Positions 1-9,448 of a stretch of DNA of 32,000 nucleotides are shown one piece after another; the stretch's first letter is position 1; each line of letters opens with the position of its first letter. The notes beneath the pieces are model-generated. The model worked only from the letters and a program-made list of their open reading frames with translations. It did not search any database and was not told where the DNA came from. Both the position numbers and the translations under genes were made by a program. This stretch comes from Halomicronema hongdechloris C2206 (lineage in GTDB: Bacteria > Cyanobacteriota > Cyanobacteriia > Phormidesmidales > Phormidesmidaceae). The stretch spans positions 540,001 to 572,000 of the forward strand of contig NZ_CP021983.2 in NCBI RefSeq assembly GCF_002075285.3, written 5' to 3'.

Positions 1-3000
1 GGCCTTTAGATAACTCGAAAGGGTACTGACATTGGCGGCATTGTCTTCGGCCAGCAAAATCAAGGGTGAGACGCCTGACCGGGGATGGTAGGAGTCGCGT
101 TTGGGTTCTGACGGGAGCACGGGTTGAGGAGCTGGGAGTGCGATCGCAACACAGGGCAGGTCTATGGAGAAGCAACTGCCCACCCCCACCTCGCTAGTGA
201 GCGCCACTTGGCCACCGTGGAGTTCAACAATGCGTTTCACCAGGGCCAGCCCCAAGCCGGTCCCCTCATATTGACGGTTCAGGTCACTATCGATCTGGAC
301 AAAGGGCTGAAAGAGTTTGGTCAGATTCTTGGGGGCAATGCCGATGCCAGTATCGATCACCGCCAGCCGCAAGCAGTTCTGCTGCTCTGGTCCGTCTTCC
401 CTGGGCAGGGGAGAAACTTTGAGGGTAATGCGGCCCCCTGCCGGTGTAAATTTGACGGCATTGCTGAGCAGGTTGATCAGCGTCTGGCGGATCCGCCGTT
501 CATCCACGAAGAGATCCGGTAGATTGGGCGGTAATTTGAGTTCAACCTGGAGGCGTTTGCTGAGGGCCTGTTGCTGGATGAAGAGCAAACTCGATTGACA
601 GAGAGGGGCGATCGCCGTAGGGGCACGGTCTAGCTCCAGGCGACCCGATTCGATTTTGGACAGGTCGAGAATGTCGTTAATCAGGTCCAGCAAATGGGAA
701 CCACTGCGCTCAATCGTTTGCAGGGCCTTGTGTTGTTGCGCGTTGATCTCGCCAAAGACAGCATCCTGGAGTCCTTCGGTCATACCCAGGATGGCATTGA
801 GCGGGGTGCGGAGTTCGTGGCTCATGTTGGCCAGAAATTCATCCTTGAGGCGGGTGGCGCGGGCGAGTTCTGCGTTGGTTTGTCGCAGTTGGGCTTCGGC
901 CTGTTTGCGCTCAGTAATATCCTCCACAATGCCTTCGACGGCAACCAAGTGGGCGGCGGCGTCTCTCACCGCATGCTGAGCAACGTGAATTGTGCGCAGA
1001 CTGCCATCCGGATGACGAAAGCACATCTCAAACTGCTGAGCGTCTTCCTGATTCTCCTGCAGACGCTGCACCGATTGCTGGGCGGCGTCCAGATCTTCGG
1101 GTAGCCACTGAAACATTTGCTGCCAGGGCTGGCCCAGGACCTCCGCTTTGCTGATGCCAAAGACTGCTGCGATGCCGGCACTCACATAGGTGAGTCTGCC
1201 CGTGGGACCTGTATGACTAAAGACGACAAACTTCTCCCCGATATCATCCACGAGCCGCTGGAACTTGTCACTGACGTGCTGCAGTTCCTGGGTCCGTTCT
1301 GCGACCTTGCTCTCCAGTGCTTGATTGAGCTGCTTCAGGGAGGCCATGGCGCGTTGACGTTCCAATTCGGCAGCCGCCCGGGCAGCAAAGACGCTCAGCA
1401 GGTTGGCGGCTCGCTCTGGATCTTGGATACGTTGCTGGCTAAGGATACACAGGTTCCCGATCGCCTGTCCCTGGTTATCCCGTAAGGCAATGCCCAGATA
1501 ACTCTCGGCCCCCATCTCAACCAGATCGGGGTCTTCGGGGAACCGCTGCTGAAGGGAGTCTGCGCAGTAAAATTGGCCGTCTTGCAAGGCCCGCTCGCAG
1601 GGAGTTTTGGCAGGCCGGTAGGCAAAGTTCGCTTGCAGCCTGCCGTGGGCCCAAAACGACAGGGTCCGCAGTTCTTCATCGACCCATTCTGTCACCAACG
1701 CATAGGAGACGTTCAGGGCGACGGCCATATGGCTGACTAAGGCCGGGAAAAAGTCTGGCCCGGTGGTGGCCGCAGTTCCCTGAATCAGCGTTTGCAGGGT
1801 GAGTTCAGCTTGCTTACGCTCGCTAATATCGGTAATCGTGCCCACGTAGCCGATCGCCTGCCCCGTGACATCCCGTTCTGCAACGACCTGTCCATAGACC
1901 CACGTCACTGTGCCGTCGGGACGTTGAAAGCGATATTCGAGCTGGAAGGGGCAATTTTCCTGAGTCGCTCGCTGCCACTCGGTGATCACTCGATCGCGAT
2001 CCGCTGGATGTAATCCCTGTCGCCAGCCCTGACCCGCTGCCGCTGCGGGGCTGAGGCCCGCGATCTGACACCAGCGATCGTTGACGTAGAGACAGTTACT
2101 CATTGGATCGGCGCGAAAGATCCCCACCGGAGCCGCCGCCGCCAGACTGGCATAGCGTTGTTCGCTGGCCTGGAGTCGGGCTTCGGCTTGCTGGCGCTCC
2201 TGCAGTTCTGTCTGGAGTTCTTGGTGGGTGGTCGCCTGCTGGATGGCGATCGCCAGTTGCTCCCCCAGGGTTCGCATCAGTTCCACATCTGCCGGTTGCC
2301 AGTCACGGGGGTGCTGGCTCTCGCTGGCATTGAGCAATCCCCAGAGGGTTTCGCCACACAGCAGCGGCACCAAAATTTTGGCCCGTGTCTGAAGCCCAAT
2401 CAGCATTTCCCGGTGACAGTCTGCCATGGGCGTCGTGTAGATATCGGGCACGACCCGAACCCGCCCCTGGCGATAAATGTCCCGGTAATCTTGATAGCAG
2501 GGGTCATTGACCCGTTCGCCCCGCAGCGACAGCGGCGAGTCAGTGGATTCGGCCACGACCCTGAACGGCCCTTCGGCCTCAAGCTGCCAAATATTGATGC
2601 GATCGCACTGCAGGATCGAGCGAATCTCATGCACGGCGGTCTCCAGAACCGCCTCTAAATTCAGGGATGAACGGATCTGGGTGGATATGCGGGCCAGCAA
2701 TCGCTCCCGACTGGCCAGGGCTTGCAGTTGGCGGGTGCGGGTCTCGACCTGCTCCTCCAGGGAGGCATTGAGGGTCTGCAGTGAGTGATAGAGGTCTGCC
2801 TGTTGCAATGTAATGGCCAACTGCACCGATAATTGCTGTAGTAAGTGGATATCATCCTCGTCCCAGGCACGGGGGCCAGCGCATTGGTGGGCTACCAGTA
2901 AGCCCCAGAGGGGGTGAGTCTCGTTGTCGGACACGATAATAGGCACCACTAGGTTGGCCCGCACCTGAAACCGTTCCAGCAGTTGCACATGGCATTCTGA

Positions 3001-3780
3001 CAGGTTAGCCGCATAAATATCAGCGGCAACAAAGATTCGGCCTTCCCGGTAGCCCCCACCCTGATTGTCTTGAAAGCAGGTGTCGGTGAATTGCACGTTC
3101 AGGGCAGGGATCCAGGGCGGCACGATCGCCTCTGCGACGATCGTGCCACTCAGATCCGGATTGAATTGATAGACGATGACCCGATCCGCCGCTAAAAATT
3201 CCCGCACTTCCTGGACGATGGCATTGGCCACCGCCTCTAAGCCGATATGCTGCCGCACCCGTAACGCCATGTCGGCCACCAGCGTCTCTTGCTGGTGAGC
3301 CCGGAGCCGTTGACCCGTAAGTGCGGTTAGGTGAAGACTGCCTTGGGTAACTAGCCCGACCAGGCGATCCTGCTCATTCAGCAGGGGCAAATGCTGAATG
3401 TTGTGGTGCTGGAGCAGGGTAACGGCGGATAGCACATCGGTGAAGGCAGACTCGCGCAGGGTCACCACGGGCTGGGTCATCACCTCGTGCAGTTGCAGAG
3501 TTTCAAGGGGGCGCTGCTGGAGACTCAGGCGTAGCACATCCCCTTCCGTCAGAATCCCGACCACCTGCCCGTCTTCTACAACCACGACACAGCTTGACCG
3601 TGCCTCCTGATGGTAATCTTCCAGGTGAGCCGCTAACATGCCAGGGGTTTGATAGCGTCCGTGCCTCCCGCTCATGGAGGCGATCGCCCGCACCACAAGG
3701 GTATCCGGGGAAACCGCCAGCGGATCCGAGACGATCGCCACCCGCCGCTCAACTTGGGTTAGACGAGTAAACTGGGTCAA
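1..3780 (-). CDS. Hybrid sensor histidine kinase/response regulator, 3'-partial (runs off the left edge). Domain order: CBS pair, GAF (CBCR-like), GAF (CBCR-like), PAS, GAF, PAS, HisKA, HATPase_c, start of REC
   Basis: My own minus-strand translation is open from the TAA at 3792..3790 to position 1. It is absent from the ORF track because no stop lies inside the window. Motifs read: CBS pair (VVVEDGQVVGILTEGDVLRL; HLPLLNEQDRLVGLVTQGSL); GAF1 (VYQFNPDLSGTIVAEA...DTCF...SECHVQLLERFQVRANLVVPI...LWGLLVAHQC); H-box FLANMSHELRTPLNAILG (about 812-833); G-boxes DTGIGI and GTGLGLALVKRIV; then ILLAEDNAANV (receiver start). No hydrophobic TM segment seen. Start is uncertain: TTG 3780 or 3783, GTG 3741, or ATG 3675. 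The CBS domain begins before the ATG. Confidence 0.85.
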   Translation of the reverse strand, partial: MTQFTRLTQVERRVAIVSDPLAVSPDTLVVRAIASMSGRHGRYQTPGMLAAHLEDYHQEARSSCVVVVEDGQVVGILTEGDVLRLSLQQRPLETLQLHEVMTQPVVTLRESAFTDVLSAVTLLQHHNIQHLPLLNEQDRLVGLVTQGSLHLTALTGQRLRAHQQETLVADMALRVRQHIGLEAVANAIVQEVREFLAADRVIVYQFNPDLSGTIVAEAIVPPWIPALNVQFTDTCFQDNQGGGYREGRIFVAADIYAANLSECHVQLLERFQVRANLVVPIIVSDNETHPLWGLLVAHQCAGPRAWDEDDIHLLQQLSVQLAITLQQADLYHSLQTLNASLEEQVETRTRQLQALASRERLLARISTQIRSSLNLEAVLETAVHEIRSILQCDRINIWQLEAEGPFRVVAESTDSPLSLRGERVNDPCYQDYRDIYRQGRVRVVPDIYTTPMADCHREMLIGLQTRAKILVPLLCGETLWGLLNASESQHPRDWQPADVELMRTLGEQLAIAIQQATTHQELQTELQERQQAEARLQASEQRYASLAAAAPVGIFRADPMSNCLYVNDRWCQIAGLSPAAAAGQGWRQGLHPADRDRVITEWQRATQENCPFQLEYRFQRPDGTVTWVYGQVVAERDVTGQAIGYVGTITDISERKQAELTLQTLIQGTAATTGPDFFPALVSHMAVALNVSYALVTEWVDEELRTLSFWAHGRLQANFAYRPAKTPCERALQDGQFYCADSLQQRFPEDPDLVEMGAESYLGIALRDNQGQAIGNLCILSQQRIQDPERAANLLSVFAARAAAELERQRAMASLKQLNQALESKVAERTQELQHVSDKFQRLVDDIGEKFVVFSHTGPTGRLTYVSAGIAAVFGISKAEVLGQPWQQMFQWLPEDLDAAQQSVQRLQENQEDAQQFEMCFRHPDGSLRTIHVAQHAVRDAAAHLVAVEGIVEDITERKQAEAQLRQTNAELARATRLKDEFLANMSHELRTPLNAILGMTEGLQDAVFGEINAQQHKALQTIERSGSHLLDLINDILDLSKIESGRLELDRAPTAIAPLCQSSLLFIQQQALSKRLQVELKLPPNLPDLFVDERRIRQTLINLLSNAVKFTPAGGRITLKVSPLPREDGPEQQNCLRLAVIDTGIGIAPKNLTKLFQPFVQIDSDLNRQYEGTGLGLALVKRIVELHGGQVALTSEVGVGSCFSIDLPCVAIALPAPQPVLPSEPKRDSYHPRSGVSPLILLAEDNAANVSTLSSYLKA

Positions 3781-3944
3781 CAAAACCGATTACCACCCTC
3801 AAAAAACAATATGCTTTCGTTCAACCGAACCCTCGTGAAGAAACGCAAGTGATTAGGTTCATTATTTACATCTGCAAGGTCTAGACTTTATAAGGTTAGT
3901 TACTAATATTTCTCTTAATATTCCTCTATTAGGGTACCCCGATT

Positions 3945-4355
3945 GATTGCCCTACTGCCAATGGGGAGAGGCTGCAATACCTAGGACGTGTTGATATAGT
4001 CACCACCACAAGGCTTTGTGTGGTGGCGAGCCAGTCAGCCTCCCTAGACTGGACAATTAAGCGATCAGCAATGTCCTAAGCGTTCCAAAGGGCGCATCCC
4101 AATTTTGCAGATGTCATTCTGAGTGTAGCGATAGCGGCACGAAGAATCTCGGCTGATAGCGTAGGATCGAGATCCTTCACGACACTTCGTTTCGTTCAGG
4201 ATGGCAAAACTGGGATGCACTCTATTTCAACTCGTCTGTTCAAGTCGATCGAAGAGCTTGAAGCTCTTATCAATAGACTGCTAAATCAGAGAGAAATTGT
4301 CATCAGTTGGAAACGCAAGTTGAAAAATAAAGGAAACGCTATTAATGCATTTTAG
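3945..4355 (+). mobile_element. Possible degenerate transposase (IS630-like?) C-terminal remnant, split by a palindromic element
   Basis: Frame fragments ...ANGERLQYLGRV... (from about 3957) resemble the NPIERLWQYLK motif with indels. STRLFKSIEELEALINRLLNQ...* (4221-4355) resembles the F-x-S-x-x-E-L tail of IS630/Tc1-type transposases. No intact ORF and no terminal repeats identified. Confidence 0.2.
4094..4218. repeat. Imperfect palindromic (hairpin-forming) MITE/REP-like element of about 125 bp
   Basis: The outer arms gcatcccaattttgc (4094-4108) and gcaaaactgggatgc (4204-4218) are reverse complements with one mismatch. The inner arms gtcattctgag...gaagaatctcg and cgagatccttc...ttcaggatggc also pair. 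The gtcattctgag/gaagaatctc core resembles a palindromic repeat class I recall from many bacterial genomes; this is recollection, not verified. Confidence 0.6.
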
Positions 4356-4369
4356 ATGTACGACAGCCT

Positions 4370-4507
4370 ATGCTTGATATATGCCTCAAAGCCACAGAAG
4401 ACACTGACCTTGATTATGTCCTTGCTGCTGAACATGAGCCTCATAATCGGCAATATGTAATGACTTGGTCATGAGAACAGTATCGCCAGGCTTTAGATCA
4501 TGGTTGA
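4370..4507 (+). pseudogene. GNAT-family acetyltransferase N-terminal stub (interrupted and truncated)
   Basis: ATG 4370 gives MLDICLKATEDTDLDYVLAAEHEPHNRQYVMTWS*EQYRQALDHG*. There is an in-frame TGA at 4472 and the frame ends at 4507. The pattern (ATEdDLDfVlaaEh.peNr.fv..WsrEQh..aL) matches N-termini of small GNAT proteins. No downstream acetyl-CoA-binding part exists, and the stub overlaps the DinB start. Confidence 0.4.
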
Positions 4508-5009
4508 CAATGCTCAGTTCGCCCTGATGGCTCAATATAACCAATGGATGAATCAAAAGCTCTATGCCGTATGTGCATCCATTCCAGATAGAGACAGAAA
4601 GCGAGATCTGGGGGCATTCTTTAAGTCTATCCACGGCACCCTCAACCACCTCCTGTACGGCGATAAAGCTTGGATGGGGCGCTTCACCGAACAACCCTTC
4701 ACAGGGGCCAAGTTGGGCCAGGAGCTCTATGGTGACTTCGACGAGTTGCGCCAAGCTAGGGTAGTGCTAGACCAACAGATCCTGGCCTGGGCTCAGCAAT
4801 TGAACGTTGATTGGCTCCATGCTGCCTTTGAATACACCAGTGGCATCGATAGTCAGACCCGAGTGCTGCCGACCTGGGTGTTGGTAACTCACATGTTTAA
4901 CCACCAAACCCATCATCGCGGTCAGCTGACGACGCTGATTAAACAGCTCGGCTATGAACCTGGCATCACTGACTTACCCTGGTTACCAGCCTTGAATTCC
5001 TATGGATAA
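4500..5009 (+). CDS. DinB-family (DinB_2-like) metal-dependent protein
   Basis: 169-aa ORF. N-terminal YNQWMNQKLY and the His triad context (HGTLNHLLYGDKAW; HMFNHQTHHRGQL) are typical of the DinB superfamily. Confidence 0.8.
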   Translation: MVDNAQFALMAQYNQWMNQKLYAVCASIPDRDRKRDLGAFFKSIHGTLNHLLYGDKAWMGRFTEQPFTGAKLGQELYGDFDELRQARVVLDQQILAWAQQLNVDWLHAAFEYTSGIDSQTRVLPTWVLVTHMFNHQTHHRGQLTTLIKQLGYEPGITDLPWLPALNSYG

Positions 5010-5038
5010 GCTGATTGAGCGACTTGCTTGACCGGGAA

Positions 5039-5638
5039 CTAAATTCTAGCTAAGGTCACTTGTTCTGGTTGATCCTGATACTTGCCACGGCGAGTGTCGT
5101 AGCAAATCTGACAGGGCTCCCCTTCAAAAAACAGCAACTGCACGACCCCCTCATTGGCATAGATGCGACAATCAGCACTAGAGGAATTAGAGAATTCCAG
5201 AGTTAAGTGACCCCGCCATCCTGCCTCTGCTGGGGTCAAATTGGCAATAATGCCACAGCGGGCATAGGTGGATTTACCGATACAGATAACGCTGATGTTA
5301 TTGGGGACTTGAATCTTTTCTAGAGCCACACCCAGGCCATAGGAATGGGCTGGCAGAATAAAGTAACTACCGCTGGTATCGGTACGTAGAGCTGTGGGTT
5401 CTAGATTATCTGGGCAAAAGTGCTTGGGATCGACGACGGTACCAGGAATGTGGCGAAAGATCCGAAATTCCGCCGGCGATAGGCGAATGTCGTAGCCATA
5501 GGAAGATAAACCGTAGCTGATCACAGGTCGGGTCTGACTTAGGCCATCTAGGGGGATCTGTCGGACCAAGGCAGGCTCAAACGGCTCGATCAGGCCTGCT
5601 GCAGCCATGGCATGGATCCAGCCATCGTTTTTAATCAT
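5039..5638 (-). CDS. dcd: dCTP deaminase
   Basis: 199-aa ORF. MIKNDGWI...GLIEPFEP N-terminus and STYARCGIIANLTPAEAGWRGHLTLEFSN core match the dCTP deaminase/dUTPase-fold family. Confidence 0.85.
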   Translation of the reverse strand: MIKNDGWIHAMAAAGLIEPFEPALVRQIPLDGLSQTRPVISYGLSSYGYDIRLSPAEFRIFRHIPGTVVDPKHFCPDNLEPTALRTDTSGSYFILPAHSYGLGVALEKIQVPNNISVICIGKSTYARCGIIANLTPAEAGWRGHLTLEFSNSSSADCRIYANEGVVQLLFFEGEPCQICYDTRRGKYQDQPEQVTLARI

Positions 5639-5689
5639 TGCCTCTCTCCCGATGTATAACCGTTATTGCTTACTAGGGTTGTGCCTTTC

Positions 5690-6265
5690 TCAGGGTAGGA
5701 AGTTACGGCGAAATTCAGTCACCTGATCAGCTATGGTCAGAAGCGATTTAGGCATCTGCGGACCCGTGAAAATGATATCGACGTGGGCAGGGCGCTGCCT
5801 CAACATATCCAGCACTTCTGGTTCTGGAATTAGGCCATAGGCCATGCCTAAACTCAACTCATCCAGGACGACTAGGGTGTAGCGTCCTTGGCGAATCAGC
5901 GTCTGGGTGTGTTGCCATAGTCGCCGTAACGCTTGCTGCTCGGCAGTGCTGATGTTGGGACCATGAATACAGCGGGGCAGATCTACCCGCAACCAATCCA
6001 GATTTTGGCCCAACTGAGTGGGGTGCTCAGGCCCCTGGTCAATCCCACCCTTGAGAAACTGCACTACTAGTACCGATGTGCCTTGGCCTGCAGCCCGCAG
6101 AGCTTGCACCATGACATTGGTGAAAAAGCTGCGGTGGGCGGCGGTGAAAACCTGAACGGTGCCGGCAACGGTCTGTAGTAACGGATGGCGAACGACCGAT
6201 GAGGATTGCCCTGACCCGGCATCACTAATCGTAAGCTGGGAAACCATGCGACGGGACTGCTCCAA
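5690..6265 (-). CDS. CobA/CobO/BtuR-like (cob(I)yrinic acid a,c-diamide adenosyltransferase family) protein with a degenerate P-loop
   Basis: Core similarity to CobA: VVQFLKGG, LVVLDELSLGMAYGLIP, DIIFTGPQMP, ADQVTEF. The canonical GNGKGKT Walker A position reads TAAHRSFFT. The track start is TTG 6265; ATG at 6247 is an alternative. Confidence 0.65.
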   Translation of the reverse strand: MEQSRRMVSQLTISDAGSGQSSSVVRHPLLQTVAGTVQVFTAAHRSFFTNVMVQALRAAGQGTSVLVVQFLKGGIDQGPEHPTQLGQNLDWLRVDLPRCIHGPNISTAEQQALRRLWQHTQTLIRQGRYTLVVLDELSLGMAYGLIPEPEVLDMLRQRPAHVDIIFTGPQMPKSLLTIADQVTEFRRNFLP

Positions 6266-6539
6266 CGAATGGCCTAAATATAGCGTATATCTAGGCGTTA
6301 TTTCGACTAGGCACTCTATATGTATGTAAACAGTACGAAAATACTGCCCGTGAGGTTTGTACGCAAGTCTAGCGCAAGACCTGTAATTTTCCGCCTGGTA
6401 ACCCTGATTAGTCGGGTATTAATCATTATCGGGTATTAGTCAGGGCTGGCATACAGTCTACTAACCTAGCGGACGCACATAGGCTCTGCAAGCGGACGAT
6501 GGCGCTGTATCCTAAGTGAGGATTGTCTGGGAGGACACT

Positions 6540-7259
6540 ATGGTTTGGCAGCGTCCCGATGGTCGCCGGTCCGATCAGCTCAGGCCGATTGCCTTTGAAC
6601 GACGCTTTACTCGATTTGCTGCGGGCTCGGTGCTGGCTCGGTGTGGGCACACCCAGGTGTTATGCACGGTGTCGGTACAAGAGGGGGTGCCCCGTTTCCT
6701 GGAGGGATCGGGAAGGGGATGGCTAACGGCAGAGTACCGGATGCTACCTGGGGCAACGCCACAGCGGCAACGGCGAGAATTTCTGAAGTTGTCGGGTCGT
6801 ACTCAGGAGATTCAACGCCTGGTTGGCCGTAGCCTGCGGTCTACCCTCGACTTTGAGCGTTTAGGGGAGCGAACCCTGACGGTGGACGCCGATGTGTTGC
6901 AGGCCGATGCTGGCACCCGCACGACATCGATTACGGGGGGATATGTGGCTCTCCATGATGCCATCACAACCTTGATAGATCAGGGGGAATTGGCCCATTC
7001 CCCGTTGAAACATCAGGTAGCAGCCATCTCGGTTGGTCTAGTGGAAGGAGAAATGCTGCTAGACCTGAAGTATGAAGAAGACGTGGCTGCTGCGGTGGAC
7101 TTTAATGTGGTGCTGAATGATGAGATGTCGATCATTGAGGTGCAGGGCACGGCAGAGGAGGGGAGCTTTAGCCGGACTCAAATGAATGACTTGATGGATT
7201 TAGCCGAAGGTGGCATTCGGGAGTTGCTGCAGGCTCAGCGACAAGTATTCGCCGGGTAA
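6540..7259 (+). CDS. rph: Ribonuclease PH
   Basis: [45 protein letters not shown]... is a classic RNase PH N-terminus. ATG 6540 is preceded by gggagga, so it is preferred over the upstream GTG 6516. Confidence 0.9.
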   Translation: MVWQRPDGRRSDQLRPIAFERRFTRFAAGSVLARCGHTQVLCTVSVQEGVPRFLEGSGRGWLTAEYRMLPGATPQRQRREFLKLSGRTQEIQRLVGRSLRSTLDFERLGERTLTVDADVLQADAGTRTTSITGGYVALHDAITTLIDQGELAHSPLKHQVAAISVGLVEGEMLLDLKYEEDVAAAVDFNVVLNDEMSIIEVQGTAEEGSFSRTQMNDLMDLAEGGIRELLQAQRQVFAG

Positions 7260-7509
7260 AGGTTACAAACCATGACAATTTGCCTGATCCTGAGGGGATA
7301 GTAATTTGCCCTAAGGCTTGATAGAAGGGGGGTTTGGCGACTTCGTAATACTTTCTTAAGGTGACTAGGACTGCCTAAGGAAGAGGAAACCCTTTATCCT
7401 AAGTTCTATATAGCCTGCGGCCTGCTTCAGTGCACTGTTGGGTAGCCAATGCGGATGGGTGTTTCGGCAAATCACCACTGACTGGCTTACACGACAGGAG
7501 ATTTTCCCT

Positions 7510-9036
7510 ATGAAACTGGCTTACTGGATGTATGCGGGTCCAGCCCATATTGGTACGCTGCGCATTGCCAGTTCGTTTAAGAATGTGCATGCCATCATGC
7601 ATGCGCCCCTGGGGGATGACTATTTCAATGTGATGCGATCCATGCTGTCGCGGGAGCGGGACTTCACTCCGGTGACGGCTAGTATCGTGGATCGCAAGGT
7701 GTTGGCTCGCGGCTCCCAAGAGCGGGTAGTAGATAATATCGTTCGTAAGGATCGGGAAGAAACGCCGGACTTGATTCTGTTGACCCCGACCTGCACCTCC
7801 AGTATTTTGCAGGAGGACCTACAAAATTTTGTAGAGCGAGCGAGTCTGGATGCCCAGGGAGATGTGCTACTCGCAGATGTCAATCACTACCGGGTAAATG
7901 AACTGCAAGCGGCGGATCGAACCCTGCATCAAGTGGTGGAGTTCTATCTACAGAAGGCCCGTAAGCAAGGCACGTTGCCTACGACGAAAACTGAGCGTCC
8001 GTCTGTCAATATTCTCGGCATGACGACGCTGGGCTTTCATAATAACCATGACTGTACTGAACTGAAAAAGCTGATGGGCGACCTGGGCATCGAGGTCAAT
8101 TTGGTGATGCCAGAAGGGGCCTCGGTCCATGAGTTGCACAAGTTACCCCAGGCTTGGTTTAACTTGGTGCCCTATCGAGAAATTGGGCCTCAGACCGCTG
8201 AGTATCTACGGGCAGAGTTTGAGATGCCCTGCTTAGATATTACGCCCATGGGACTGGTGGAGACGGCCCGTTGTATCCGGGCGATTCAATCGATCTTGAA
8301 TGACCAGGGGGCCGAGGTGGACTATGAACCCTTTATTGATGAGCAGACTCGGTTTGTCTCCCAGGCGGCTTGGTTCTCGCGTTCCATCGACTGCCAGAAC
8401 TTAACCGGCAAGAAGGCGGTGGTGTTTGGGGATAATACTCACGCTGCGGCCATGACGAAAATCTTGGCTCGGGAGATGGGGATCCATGTGGTGTTGGCCG
8501 GGACTTACTGCAAGTATGATGAGGCCTGGTTCCGCCAGCAGGTGGGCGAGTATTGTGATGACATTTTGATCAGCGATGACAATGGTGCGATCGCAGATGC
8601 CATTGCCCGCCACGAGCCTGCTGCCATCTTCGGTACCCAAATGGAGCGCCATGTGGGCAAACGCCTCGACATTCCTTGTGGGGTGATTGCCGCCCCCATC
8701 CACATTCAGAACTTCCCGGTCGGGTATCGCCCGTTTCTGGGTTATGAAGGGGCTAACCAGGTGGTAGATCTGGTCTATAACTCCTTCACCTTAGGCATGG
8801 AAGACCACCTGTTGGAGATTTTCGGCGGGCACGACACCAAAGAGGTGATTACCAAGACTGTCTCTGCCGATTCCGACTTGGTCTGGACTAAAGATGGGTT
8901 GGCGGAACTCAATAAGATCCCTGGCTTTGTGCGGGGTAAAGTGAAGCGCAATACCGAGAAGTTTGCCCGGGAACGGGGCTTCGGTGAAATCAATGCCGAG
9001 GTGCTCTATGCGGCTAAGGAGGCGGTAGGGGCCTAG
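7510..9036 (+). CDS. chlB: Light-independent protochlorophyllide reductase (DPOR) subunit B
   Basis: [58 protein letters not shown] is the canonical ChlB N-terminus. The length is 508 aa from ATG 7510 (SD acaggaga upstream). The longer track ORF from 7438 is an upstream extension. Confidence 0.95.
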   Translation: MKLAYWMYAGPAHIGTLRIASSFKNVHAIMHAPLGDDYFNVMRSMLSRERDFTPVTASIVDRKVLARGSQERVVDNIVRKDREETPDLILLTPTCTSSILQEDLQNFVERASLDAQGDVLLADVNHYRVNELQAADRTLHQVVEFYLQKARKQGTLPTTKTERPSVNILGMTTLGFHNNHDCTELKKLMGDLGIEVNLVMPEGASVHELHKLPQAWFNLVPYREIGPQTAEYLRAEFEMPCLDITPMGLVETARCIRAIQSILNDQGAEVDYEPFIDEQTRFVSQAAWFSRSIDCQNLTGKKAVVFGDNTHAAAMTKILAREMGIHVVLAGTYCKYDEAWFRQQVGEYCDDILISDDNGAIADAIARHEPAAIFGTQMERHVGKRLDIPCGVIAAPIHIQNFPVGYRPFLGYEGANQVVDLVYNSFTLGMEDHLLEIFGGHDTKEVITKTVSADSDLVWTKDGLAELNKIPGFVRGKVKRNTEKFARERGFGEINAEVLYAAKEAVGA

Positions 9037-9376
9037 TGTGCCCGCCTGTGCCCGTCTGAGGTGGCGGTGTTCGGCAACAGCCCTGGTCAGTGCGAAGGGC
9101 TGACGCTTGCTTCGGTCCTGGCCTCAAGGCTACACTGCCACCACCAGTTGCCAACCTAAGGAGCGATGGAAGGTGATCATCAGGCGAGCGTGGCACCACA
9201 GTAAATAGGTCCACGAAGACTGGTTTTGCTAGCTCGGCTTGATAGCTTGAAAATAGGCTGCTCAGGCACTGGCTGGCGTATCTATACCGCTATTACAACG
9301 CTTTCTTTTCAGGCATGGGGATTCGATCCGCGGTGGCCCTAATTTCATTTGATTTCAAAGCTTTTACCCTATGAGA

Positions 9377-9448
9377 AGCCGATGGCGGGATTTGAACCCG
9401 CGACCGCTCGATTACGAATCGAGTGCTCTACCACTGAGCCACATCGGC
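9377..9448 (-). tRNA. tRNA-Thr (anticodon CGU)
   Basis: The reverse complement folds as a perfect cloverleaf: acceptor GCCGATG/CATCGGC, D arm GCTC-AGTGGTA-GAGC, anticodon arm CTCGA-TTCGTAA-TCGAG, variable CGGTC, T arm GCGGG-TTCAAAT-CCCGC, discriminator T. 72 nt, no encoded CCA. Confidence 0.93.

Noticed and set aside
124-3610. Many plus-strand ORFs of 60-170 aa (124..522, 694..1104, 1117..1485, 2158..2658 and others) in the supplied track
   Set aside because: They lie antisense to, or out of frame with, a continuous motif-rich minus-strand kinase ORF. They are Arg/Gly/Pro-rich shadow ORFs typical of GC-rich DNA, with no recognisable motifs.
4386-4754. 122-aa minus-strand ORF overlapping the DinB gene
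   Set aside because: It is antisense to a well-supported DinB-family ORF and has no recognisable motifs.
9310-9345. ggggattcgatccgcgg looks like a tRNA T-arm fragment near tRNA-Thr, which could be an att-site duplication
   Set aside because: The flanking bases do not pair as a T-stem in either orientation, and similarity to the 3' half of the adjacent tRNA is weak.
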